Shown here: positions 27,303 through 35,757 of the stretch, piece by piece | Numbering within the stretch: position 1 is the stretch's first letter | Layout of the letters: each line of letters opens with the position of its first letter | Made by a program: the position numbers and the translations under genes | The notes under the pieces: generated by a model | What the model saw: the letters and a program-made list of their open reading frames with translations, nothing else | The model's database searches: none | Told to the model about the DNA's origin: nothing | DNA from: an uncultured Clostridia bacterium | GTDB taxonomy: Bacteria > Bacillota > Clostridia > Christensenellales > Aristaeellaceae | Reading direction: 5' to 3' | Length of the DNA: 64,000 nt | Assembly: GCA_947596085.1 (NCBI GenBank) | Contig: CANQEW010000006.1 | Span: forward strand, 6,977-70,976

Positions 27303-28712
27303 ATGGAGAATCAGAACATTCAGGAAAACAAGATGGGCGTCATGCCCGTGGGCAGACTGGTAGTGACGATGTCGCTGCCGATCGTGATCTCGATGCTGGT
27401 GCAGGCGCTCTACAACATCGTGGACAGCATGTTCGTCAGCATGATTTCGCAGGAGGCGCTCAACGCCGTCTCGCTGGCGTTTCCGGCGCAGAATCTGATG
27501 ATCGGCTTCGCCACCGGCAGCGCAGTGGGCGTGAACGCGCTGGTTTCGCGCGCGCTGGGCGCGCAGGACCCGAAGCACGCCAACCGCGTGGCGCTCAACG
27601 GCGTGTTCATCGCGCTGTGCTGCTACGTGTTGTTTTTGCTGTTCGCCATCTTCGGCGCGCGGCCGTTCTTTGCCATGCAGACCACCAACGAGACCATCGT
27701 GACCTACGGCTGCGACTACCTGCTGGTGGTGTGCGGCCTGTCCTTCGGCATCTTCGGCGAGGTCATGTTCGAGCGCCTGCTGACCTCCACCGGCCGCACG
27801 ATCTACACGATGATCTCCCAGGGCGTGGGCGCGATCTTCAACATCATCTTCGACCCGATCTTCATCTTCGTGTTTAAGATGGGCGTGACCGGTGCGGCGC
27901 TGGCGACGGTGCTGGGCCAGATCGTGGCCTGCTGCATCGCCATCACCTTCAACCTCAAGAAGAACCCGGAGCTCAAGCTGCGCTTCTCGGGCTTCAAGCC
28001 GGAGTTGGACATCATCAAGGGCATCTGCGCCATCGGCGTGCCGTCCATCGTCATGGTGGCGGTGGGCTCGATCATGACCTTCCTGTTCAACATCATTCTG
28101 TTCAACTATACCAGCGGCGGCACCTACACCCAGAACGTGTTCGGCGTGTACTTTAAGCTGAACAGCTTCATCTTTATGCCGATCTTCGGCGTGAACAACG
28201 GCGTGGTGCCCATCATCGCCTACAACTACGGCGCGCAGAAGCGCGCGCGCATGATGCAGGCGATCAAGATCGGCATGGTGATCGCCGCGTGCCTGATGGC
28301 GCTGGGCACGCTGATCTTCCTGATCTTCCCGGGCCAGCTGCTGGGCATCTTCATCCAGAACGCCTCGCCCGAGGAGGTGCAGACGATGCTTTCCATCGGC
28401 AAGCCGGCGCTGCGCATCATCTGCTCGCACTTCATCATCGCTTCGGTGGTGATCTCCTTCAACACGGTCTTTCAGGCGTTGGGGAAGAGCATCTACGCGA
28501 CGATTACCGCCACCTGCCGCCAGCTTGTGATCCTGATCCCGGTGGCCTACCTGCTGGCGCGGCTCGGGCAGAGCGTGGGCAACGACAATCTGGTGTGGAT
28601 CTCCTTCCCGATCGCGGAGACGAGTGCGCTGATCGTGGGGCTGATCTGTTTTAGGAAGGTGTACAAAGACATCATCTCCAAGGTGGGAGACGAGGGCTTG
28701 CAAGCGGCCTAG
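27303..28712 (+). CDS. MATE-family efflux transporter
   Basis: 469 aa with 12 hydrophobic segments. N-terminus PVGRLVVTMSLPIVISMLVQALYNIVDSMFVS is typical of the MATE/NorM family. AGGAG RBS. Confidence 0.9.
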   Translation: MENQNIQENKMGVMPVGRLVVTMSLPIVISMLVQALYNIVDSMFVSMISQEALNAVSLAFPAQNLMIGFATGSAVGVNALVSRALGAQDPKHANRVALNGVFIALCCYVLFLLFAIFGARPFFAMQTTNETIVTYGCDYLLVVCGLSFGIFGEVMFERLLTSTGRTIYTMISQGVGAIFNIIFDPIFIFVFKMGVTGAALATVLGQIVACCIAITFNLKKNPELKLRFSGFKPELDIIKGICAIGVPSIVMVAVGSIMTFLFNIILFNYTSGGTYTQNVFGVYFKLNSFIFMPIFGVNNGVVPIIAYNYGAQKRARMMQAIKIGMVIAACLMALGTLIFLIFPGQLLGIFIQNASPEEVQTMLSIGKPALRIICSHFIIASVVISFNTVFQALGKSIYATITATCRQLVILIPVAYLLARLGQSVGNDNLVWISFPIAETSALIVGLICFRKVYKDIISKVGDEGLQAA

Positions 28713-28733
28713 CACACGAAAGGATGGAAACCA

Positions 28734-29453
28734 ATGGGGGATTCCAACGCGAAGTGGTTTGCGCGCGGCCTGCGCGCGGGCGTGCCAATCGGATTGGGCT
28801 ACTTTGCCGTGGCGTTCACGCTGGGCATCGCCGCCCGGAACGCGGGCTTCACGGCATTTCAGGCGGCGCTGACCAGCTTTCTGATCAACGCCTCGGCGGG
28901 CGAGTTCGTGGGCTTTTCGCTGATCGCGGCGGGCGCGGGCTATCTGGAGGTGGCCATCATGGAGCTGGTGGCGAACGCGCGCTACCTGTTGATGTCCTTC
29001 TCGCTGAGCCAGAAATTGAGGCCTGAAACGGGCATACTGCACCGGCTGCTGATCGGCTGGTACGTTACCGACGAGGTGTTCGGCGTTTCGATTTCCGCGC
29101 CGGGGTATCTGAATCCCTTCTACACATACGGCGCCATCGCGCTGGCCTGTCCGGGCTGGGCGTGCGGCACGTTCCTGGGCGTGATGCTGGGCAACATCTT
29201 TCCGGCAAGCGTGGTCAGCGCGCTGTCGGTGGGGTTGTACGGCATGTTCATCGCCATATTCGTGCCCCCGGCGAAGGAATCGAAGATCGTGCGGGCGCTG
29301 GTGCTGATCTCCATGGCGGCGAGCTTCGCCTTCGCGCGCATACCACTGTTCGACGGCATCTCCTCGGGCGTCAAGACCATCGTGCTGACGGTGGCGATTT
29401 CCGCGGCGGCGGCGGTGCTGTTCCCCATTCGGGAGGTGAAGCGGGATGCGTAG
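28734..29453 (+). CDS. azlC: AzlC-family branched-chain amino acid exporter subunit
   Basis: GLRAGVPIGLGYFAVAFTLGI...LINASAGEF pattern. Paired with the downstream azlD. Confidence 0.85.
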   Translation: MGDSNAKWFARGLRAGVPIGLGYFAVAFTLGIAARNAGFTAFQAALTSFLINASAGEFVGFSLIAAGAGYLEVAIMELVANARYLLMSFSLSQKLRPETGILHRLLIGWYVTDEVFGVSISAPGYLNPFYTYGAIALACPGWACGTFLGVMLGNIFPASVVSALSVGLYGMFIAIFVPPAKESKIVRALVLISMAASFAFARIPLFDGISSGVKTIVLTVAISAAAAVLFPIREVKRDA

Positions 29454-29757
29454 CGGAAACGTGTATATCTACATCGCCGTGATGGCGATCGTGACCTATC
29501 TGATCCGCGTGCTGCCGCTGACGCTGGTGCGCAGGGAAATCAAGAACGTCTACATCCGCTCCTTTCTGTACTATGTGCCCTACGTCACGCTGGCGGTGAT
29601 GACCTTTCCGTCCATCATGGACGCGACGGGCAGCCAATGGTCGGGCCTCGCGGCGCTGCTGGTGGGGCTGGCGCTGGCGTGGAGGGGCGCAAGCCTGTTC
29701 AAGGTGGCGGTCGCCTGCTGCGCGACGGTGTATCTGCTGGAGCTGATCATTTTGTAA
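29446..29757 (+). CDS. azlD: AzlD-family branched-chain amino acid exporter small subunit
   Basis: 103-aa hydrophobic protein (VTYLIRVLPLTLV). Overlaps the azlC stop by 8 nt. Confidence 0.8.
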   Translation: MRSGNVYIYIAVMAIVTYLIRVLPLTLVRREIKNVYIRSFLYYVPYVTLAVMTFPSIMDATGSQWSGLAALLVGLALAWRGASLFKVAVACCATVYLLELIIL

Positions 29758-29810
29758 GCTTGGCGCGCCGCGGCCGGGAATGCCGCGGATGGAATTTATG
29801 GGAAAGAGCG

Positions 29811-29838
29811 GGCCGTCCGGACATGCGTCCGGGCGGCC
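29811..29838. terminator. Bidirectional terminator hairpin between azlD and ilvA
   Basis: GGCCGTCCGGAC-atgc-GTCCGGGCGGCC, 12 bp with one G-T pair. Confidence 0.55.
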
Positions 29839-29854
29839 TTAAAGTTTCAGGGCT

Positions 29855-31042
29855 TCAGTTTACGATCTTGTAGCCCTCCTCGGTGAGCCTGCGCCGAATC
29901 TCGCGAATCTGATCGAAGTCGCGGGTCTCCATGCCCAGGTAGAGGAAGCAGGAGGTGATGGCCATGTTCGCGTCGCTGCGCTCGTGGCGGACGTTGACGA
30001 CGTTCGCGCCGCACTCGGACACGATCTGGCTCACGCCCAGCAGCTGGCCCGGCTTGTCCTCCAGCGCGATCTGCAGCATCGTGTTGCGCCCGGCGGTCAC
30101 CAGGCCGCGCGTGATCACGCGCGAGAGGATGTTGACGTCGATGTTGCCGCCCGAGATGATGCACACCGCTTTCTTGCCTTCGATGGGCAGCTTGCCGAAC
30201 ATCGCCGCCGCCACGCTGACCGCGCCCGCGCCCTCGGCGATGAGCTTCTGCTTCTCGATCAGCGCCAGGATCGCCGCCGCGATTTCGTCCTCGCTGACGG
30301 TCACGACCTCGTCCACGTACTTGCTGACGATCTCGAAGGTCGTATCTCCCGGATGCTTGACCGCGATGCCGTCCGCGAAGGTTCGAACGGTCTCCAGCGT
30401 GATCGGCTCGCCCCGCTTCACGCTCTCCGCCATGCTGGGCGCATTCTCCGCCTGCACGCCGTAGACCTTGACGCTGGGATTGAGGTTCTTGATGGCGTAG
30501 GCCACGCCGGAGATCAATCCGCCGCCGCCCACCGGGCAGATCACCGCGTCCACGTCCGCGAGCTGGTCGAGAATCTCCAAGCCGATGGTGCCCTGACCAG
30601 CGATCACCTCATCGTCGTTGAAGGGATGAATAAAGGTCATCCCCGTCTCCTGCTGAAGCTGGCAGGCGTAGTTGTAGGCGTCGTCGTAGGCGCCCTTCAC
30701 CAGCCGCACCTCCGCGCCCAGCGCCTTGGTGGATTCCACCTTGGAGATCGGCGCGCCGTCCGGCATGCAGACGACGCTGCGAATGCCCATGCGCGACGCC
30801 GCCAGCGCCACGCCCTGGGCGTGGTTGCCTGCCGAGCAGGCCACGATGCCCGCGTCGCGCTGCTCCTGCGTCAGCTGGCTGATCTTGTAGTACGCGCCGC
30901 GCAGCTTGAAGCTGCCGGTGAGCTGAAGATTTTCGGTCTTTAAGTACAGCCCGTTCAGATTCGGGGCGTGGATGAGGTCGGTCTTGCGGGCCACCTGCTT
31001 GAGCACGAAGGCGGCGTGGTAGATTTTGTCGAGCGTGACCAT
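29855..31042 (-). CDS. ilvA: Threonine ammonia-lyase (threonine dehydratase) with a C-terminal ACT-like domain
   Basis: PLP motif SFKLRGAYYK, plus SAGNHAQGVA and GGGGLISG. Confidence 0.9.
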   Translation of the reverse strand: MVTLDKIYHAAFVLKQVARKTDLIHAPNLNGLYLKTENLQLTGSFKLRGAYYKISQLTQEQRDAGIVACSAGNHAQGVALAASRMGIRSVVCMPDGAPISKVESTKALGAEVRLVKGAYDDAYNYACQLQQETGMTFIHPFNDDEVIAGQGTIGLEILDQLADVDAVICPVGGGGLISGVAYAIKNLNPSVKVYGVQAENAPSMAESVKRGEPITLETVRTFADGIAVKHPGDTTFEIVSKYVDEVVTVSEDEIAAAILALIEKQKLIAEGAGAVSVAAAMFGKLPIEGKKAVCIISGGNIDVNILSRVITRGLVTAGRNTMLQIALEDKPGQLLGVSQIVSECGANVVNVRHERSDANMAITSCFLYLGMETRDFDQIREIRRRLTEEGYKIVN

Positions 31043-31048
31043 GATTCG

Positions 31049-31070
31049 TTATTCTCCCTCTCTCTATTTG
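31049..31070. repeat. Left copy of a 22-nt imperfect direct repeat flanking the low-GC islet
   Basis: TTATTCTCCCTCTCTCTATTTG against TTATTCTCTTCCTTTCTGTTTT at 33607-33628: 16 of 22 identical, and the first 8 are identical. Confidence 0.4.
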
Positions 31071-32083
31071 ACTGCAATGTGGTTTGTGAATAGTTCCGGA
31101 TATTTATTTTTCATGTATTCGGAGTATTTTTCCGCTCCCTTTCGATTTAAGTGGGTGGAATCTCCAAAATAGGTATTATCATAAAAACACAGGTCCGTGT
31201 TTACAGTTATTTCCGGGTAATCGCGCTGTATGCCCTTCATATAGTTAGAATAATCCAGCAGATAATTCTCATGACAAGCCTCGTAAGTTGCTTTATTCAT
31301 CGGCAGTGTATCGATAATGACGTTTATTCCTTCGTGAATGCACAACTCAATCATTTTACGAAAATAGTTGTCTAATATATCCGTCGGTTCAAAGTCCGTA
31401 TAGTCTGCCTCCGGGTTCACTGCATCACAGTATTCCAGTTTTCCAAAGCTTGCATAACCTTTGAAAGAACTCAGATTCTGATACATTTCAGCGTTAATTT
31501 TATAGCGATTTTCCCGAACCATTTTGAGAAGCGCTTTGAGGAATGTCTTTCCGTACTTGTTTACGGAATATATTCTGTATAGCAACAATTGCTTATAAAA
31601 GTCCTTTGTGATATGATCTGTATCGTCAAAAGCAGATGCAACCGTATAAATATCTTTCATTTCTGAATCGGACATTCGGTGAAAATATACGCTTCTTGTC
31701 CACAGTGTTTCGGATTCGAAAAAATGAAACGGAGCATAAGAAATAATTACCGTCTGTGGCGCATCATGGTTCCCCAGATATTCTTTAAAATAATAATAGT
31801 TTTCCAGCGGGGACGTTCCACCCAATGAAAAATTGTAAGTATCATCGGACAGAAGCCACGGACAGTATGCGGCTTTTGCCTTGGAATCTCCAATAATAAC
31901 AATGCGGTTGTAATCTGTGCTGTTTTGGACATAGTCCTTTTGCTGCTGATACATTGCGTATTCGCCGTCGAAAAAATACATAGGATATTTTGACATAGCA
32001 ATGGGTACCACTGCGGAAAAAACGATTATGGGCACCATAAATAACGCAAGTTTAAGCGTAAAGTTTTTCAGCGTTCGTTTCAT
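31064..32083 (-). CDS. SGNH/GDSL-like (DltD/AlgX-type) membrane-anchored protein, partner of the MBOAT
   Basis: N-terminal TM helix; IIGDSKAK (block I Ser), SLGG (block II) and GDSTHLN (the D-x-x-H block). GAGGTG RBS. AT-rich codons. Confidence 0.6.
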   Translation of the reverse strand: MKRTLKNFTLKLALFMVPIIVFSAVVPIAMSKYPMYFFDGEYAMYQQQKDYVQNSTDYNRIVIIGDSKAKAAYCPWLLSDDTYNFSLGGTSPLENYYYFKEYLGNHDAPQTVIISYAPFHFFESETLWTRSVYFHRMSDSEMKDIYTVASAFDDTDHITKDFYKQLLLYRIYSVNKYGKTFLKALLKMVRENRYKINAEMYQNLSSFKGYASFGKLEYCDAVNPEADYTDFEPTDILDNYFRKMIELCIHEGINVIIDTLPMNKATYEACHENYLLDYSNYMKGIQRDYPEITVNTDLCFYDNTYFGDSTHLNRKGAEKYSEYMKNKYPELFTNHIAVK

Positions 32084-32097
32084 CCGGTATCACCTCA

Positions 32098-33603
32098 CTA
32101 AAACTGAAAATAAACAAACTCAGAACCCGTTTGAAGCGAGAAGAAAAACACCAAGAATATGGCAAGATAATATAGCGTCCATCTGATCGCGATGGATCGT
32201 TTCGTCACCAGTTCCTGATTGTTCTTTCCCGCATATTGCCTGAGGTCGCAGACGATTTGCAAACAAATAATCAGGCAGACAACAAGAAATGTTTTCGATC
32301 CACCAAAATCGGGCATGCAATTCCGCAAAGCGCTGAGTTGATTTCCAATTCCGTTCCAGATGAATGCTCTTTTATACATGTAAAAAGTTTTTGCGAGACT
32401 GTCTGCACGGAAAGCAATGTTGCCTATGCTTACCAGAATAAATGTCCGCGCGATCTGGAACGCATTCCAGATGATGTTTTCGTCCTGAATGCGAAGCTTA
32501 TGTTTGATTTTAATAAAAGCAGGTTTGAATACCTGTCCTGAAACAATGACAATCCAGAAAAACCAACCCTCGCCGATCATGTATTTCCAGGAACTTCCGT
32601 GCCAGATTCCCATCAGCGTCCAAACCACAAACATGGCGACATAGGTCGGTATTTTTTGCGCAGCTTTTCCCCATTTGTTTTTAAGATTTTTGCTGGCTTT
32701 TTTGAACGCTTTCGTCCACAAAATATGGTACATCACATAGTTCCTCAGCCAGGCGCCGAGGGTTATATGCCATCGTTCCCAGAATTCCTGCACGCTTTTC
32801 GACAGGAATGGAACATTGAAGTTTTCGGGAAGAATGATACCGAAACACTTCGATATGCCGATGATAATATCCATACATCCCGAGAAATCAAAGAACAGTT
32901 GAATCATGAAGATACATGCTGAAATTAAAACCCACGGGCCCGAGAACAGATCCGTATTGTCAAACATTGCGCTCACAATTATTGCGATGTGGTCTGCCAC
33001 AATCACTTTTTTGAGGAGTCCCCATAGCGCGCGGCGCATACCGGACAATACTCTATCGTAATCAAAGCGATGCTCTTCAAAGAGCTGTGTGCCGGTCTGA
33101 GAATACGTGCATATTGGGCCCGAAACCATTTGCGGGAAATACGTGACAAACAGCAATAGTTTAAGCGGATTCTTTTCCGGCTCAAATACTCCTTCATAGC
33201 AGTCGATAAGATAGGAGATAACCTGGAGAGTATAATAACTGATCGCCAGGGGAGCTATCCAATGAACGTCGGCTACGTTCTTCTTTATCCAATAATTGAA
33301 CGTACCAATAAACATATTCGTATATTTGAGGACGGCAAGCAATCCGACATTCAGAACTAGTACAAGCACTAAGGCAAGACGCTTTTTCCGTTTGCTGTCG
33401 GTTTTTTTGAAATACAATGCCGCGCCCCAAACCGTAAACACGCTTACCAGAATATAAATAAACGTATAGGGTTTTGCGGTCACAAAGTAAAAGATCAAGC
33501 TGTCCGCCAAGAGCACAAGCCACTGAACCTTGTGCGGTACGCGCCAGTAGATATATAAACTAATGCCAACAAAGGCAAAATAGATAAATGATGTGATATC
33601 CAA
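32098..33603 (-). CDS. MBOAT-family O-acyltransferase (AlgI/DltB/PatA-like)
   Basis: 501 aa, polytopic. FWERWHITLGAWLRNYV and the WHG region carry the conserved MBOAT His. TTG start at 33603 follows AGGAAGAG. Confidence 0.9.
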   Translation of the reverse strand: MDITSFIYFAFVGISLYIYWRVPHKVQWLVLLADSLIFYFVTAKPYTFIYILVSVFTVWGAALYFKKTDSKRKKRLALVLVLVLNVGLLAVLKYTNMFIGTFNYWIKKNVADVHWIAPLAISYYTLQVISYLIDCYEGVFEPEKNPLKLLLFVTYFPQMVSGPICTYSQTGTQLFEEHRFDYDRVLSGMRRALWGLLKKVIVADHIAIIVSAMFDNTDLFSGPWVLISACIFMIQLFFDFSGCMDIIIGISKCFGIILPENFNVPFLSKSVQEFWERWHITLGAWLRNYVMYHILWTKAFKKASKNLKNKWGKAAQKIPTYVAMFVVWTLMGIWHGSSWKYMIGEGWFFWIVIVSGQVFKPAFIKIKHKLRIQDENIIWNAFQIARTFILVSIGNIAFRADSLAKTFYMYKRAFIWNGIGNQLSALRNCMPDFGGSKTFLVVCLIICLQIVCDLRQYAGKNNQELVTKRSIAIRWTLYYLAIFLVFFFSLQTGSEFVYFQF

Positions 33604-33606
33604 GTA

Positions 33607-33628
33607 TTATTCTCTTCCTTTCTGTTTT
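33607..33628. repeat. Right copy of the 22-nt imperfect direct repeat flanking the islet
   Basis: See the feature at 31049-31070. This copy overlaps the last codons and the stop of the DUF815 gene. Confidence 0.4.
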
Positions 33629-34920
33629 CCCGCGATATAATTGATAAACTGCTGCGCCGTGCGGCCAGATATGCCGCCGTGGCGAATCTCCCAGGTGTTG
33701 GCCGCCGCGATGAGCTTGGCGTCGTCCATCTCGACGCCTTCGCGCTTCGCGATGCCGCGCACGATGTCGTGGTACTGCCGGCGGTCGGGGTTCGAGTAGT
33801 TGATGGCGCAGCCGAAGCGCGCCGCCAGCGACAGCCGCTCCTCCATCGTATCCGAGCGATGCACGTCGCCGTTGAACTCCATATCGTTCCGGTCGTTCCA
33901 CGTCTCGCGAATCAGATGCCGCCGGTTGGACGTGGCGACGATCATCACGTTGTCCGGCCGCGTCTCCACGCCGCCCTCGATCACGGCCTTGAGGAACTTG
34001 TACTCCACTTCGTTCTCCTCAAAGGACAGGTCGTCGATGAAGAGTATAAAGCGGTAGTTGCGGTTTTTGATGCGGGCGATCACGTCCGAGAGCAGATGGA
34101 ACTGATGCTTGTACAGCTCGATCATGCGCAGGCCCCGGGACTGGTATTCGTTCAGCGTGGCCTTTACGGAGGTGGACTTGCCCGTGCCCGCGTCGCCGTA
34201 GAGCAGCATGTTGTTGCAGGGCCGCCCGGAGACGAACGCCTCCACGTTTTCACGCAGCTGCGCCTTCTGCGGCTCGTAACCGATCAGGTCGTCGAGCACC
34301 ACCGCGTCCACGTTGTTGATGGCCAGGAATTCGGCGCCGCCCTTCTTTTCGCGGATGCGGAACGCCCGGTTCAGGCCGAACATGCCCACGCCCCAGTCGC
34401 GGTAGTGGCCGGTGACGAGATCGAAGATCTCCTGCGCGTCCTTCGCCCGCTCAATCGCCGCGCTGAGTTCGCGCACGCGCTCGCTGACGCTGCGATAGTA
34501 GAGCTGCGCGCGCTTGGGAATGGCGCGGTAGTGGGTGAGCACGGTGAAGCAGTCGATGCCGAGGTCGGCCTCGATGGGCGCGAAGTCGAAGTCGAACAGC
34601 TCGCGGAAGATGGCGAAGTCGGCCAGTGCGAAGTGGTTGACAGAGCCGTCGCTGGCGCCCGCGCGTTCGGCGGTGAGGCTGAACGAGTTCTCGTGGGTGA
34701 CGAGCACGAAGGTCAGGTAGTTGTGCCAGAGGTTCGTGTCGAAGCCGTAGAGCGTCGCCACGTCCAGTATGCGCTTGACTTCGGCGTATATCCTGCGCAC
34801 CAGCTCCGGCTTCTCGCACGCGCCGTGCTCCCAGTCGTAGAAGATGTCCGACAGCTTCATCAAAATGCTGTCCGGCTCCAGGCTGCCGTAGAGCAGCAGC
34901 CGCGCGGTTTCGCGGTACAT
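33607..34920 (-). CDS. DUF815-type P-loop ATPase (AAA-like); function unknown
   Basis: Walker A LLYGDAGTGKST, Walker B FILFIDDLSF, then ATSNRRHL. Confidence 0.8.
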   Translation of the reverse strand: MYRETARLLLYGSLEPDSILMKLSDIFYDWEHGACEKPELVRRIYAEVKRILDVATLYGFDTNLWHNYLTFVLVTHENSFSLTAERAGASDGSVNHFALADFAIFRELFDFDFAPIEADLGIDCFTVLTHYRAIPKRAQLYYRSVSERVRELSAAIERAKDAQEIFDLVTGHYRDWGVGMFGLNRAFRIREKKGGAEFLAINNVDAVVLDDLIGYEPQKAQLRENVEAFVSGRPCNNMLLYGDAGTGKSTSVKATLNEYQSRGLRMIELYKHQFHLLSDVIARIKNRNYRFILFIDDLSFEENEVEYKFLKAVIEGGVETRPDNVMIVATSNRRHLIRETWNDRNDMEFNGDVHRSDTMEERLSLAARFGCAINYSNPDRRQYHDIVRGIAKREGVEMDDAKLIAAANTWEIRHGGISGRTAQQFINYIAGKQKGRE

Positions 34921-34943
34921 GGTATCAGTCCCCTTTTATCGTC

Positions 34944-35696
34944 TTACAGCCTTTTTTCGATTTCCTTCCACGCGTGGGTGGTGAGGCAGCTCTTGTCCAG
35001 GTCCTTTGTCAATCCATCCCACAGGGCATACGGCATCGTCAGAGACAGGCAATTCGCCAGCGCCGCCCGCCGCTGGGATATATCGAACAGGCCCATCACC
35101 GCCATCGGCCGCTCTCTTTCGATCTGATCCACCGCGTACACAATGGAGTGACAGGCCGCCCCGAAGGGGGCGATGGTATTGAGCGCCTCGCCGTTGTGGG
35201 AACCGAACATGGTGACCAGCGCGGAGAGCTGATCCGGCTGCGCGAGGATGAAAACCACATCAGGGCTGCGCACTTCGTGCCATCTGCTTATGGGAGCGAA
35301 TACGACGCGGGGATACCCCTTCTCAGAAAACGGCACAGCATTGCGCCACTTCAAAGCGAGCTCTTCCGAGCAGAAGAACCGCTCCCCGTATTTCATTTGT
35401 TCCGGCATCTGTGGCGACGCATTCTCCCCAAAGCCCTGGGAGAGCATCTTATGGATGTTCGGGTTTCTCCGGGTAAATCCGTCGCCAAAGCAGCACCCAG
35501 TCGCGCCGCCCGGACAGTTGCAGCTTTCCTCATCCATGGAAACGATTTTTCCTTTGGAAGCCGCCATCAGAAGCGGAACAACGCAATTCCTCTTATCCGG
35601 GGATGCGTCCAAATCGCAGACAGCACTGGTATTCCCCAGAAAAATACCCACCGGCTCCCATTGGAGATGCAGCAAATTTAACAATTCTTTTTCCAT
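34944..35696 (-). CDS. DUF169-domain protein; function unknown
   Basis: WEPVGIFL..., a Cys-rich CNCPGGATGCCFG segment and general DUF169 similarity from memory. GAGGAG RBS. Confidence 0.7.
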   Translation of the reverse strand: MEKELLNLLHLQWEPVGIFLGNTSAVCDLDASPDKRNCVVPLLMAASKGKIVSMDEESCNCPGGATGCCFGDGFTRRNPNIHKMLSQGFGENASPQMPEQMKYGERFFCSEELALKWRNAVPFSEKGYPRVVFAPISRWHEVRSPDVVFILAQPDQLSALVTMFGSHNGEALNTIAPFGAACHSIVYAVDQIERERPMAVMGLFDISQRRAALANCLSLTMPYALWDGLTKDLDKSCLTTHAWKEIEKRL

Positions 35697-35757
35697 CGTA
35701 GAATTCTCCTCGCAAATTGTGCCGGGCCGTTTCCAAACAAACGGGAAGTTACATGCT

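Larger units (their letters stand above)
31043..33606. other. Low-GC insertion (putative horizontally acquired islet) carrying two genes
   Basis: Hand counts of single 60-nt lines give about 37-47 % GC inside (lines 31081, 32221, 33301) and about 70 % in the flank (line 30001). The islet genes use AT-rich codons. Confidence 0.75.

Noticed and set aside
31043-33606. Classifying the low-GC islet as a mobile element (transposon, integrative element or prophage remnant).
   Set aside because: It has no transposase, integrase or recombinase gene, no tRNA attachment site and no terminal inverted repeats. The only boundary feature is a weak 22-nt direct similarity. It is reported as a compositional island only.
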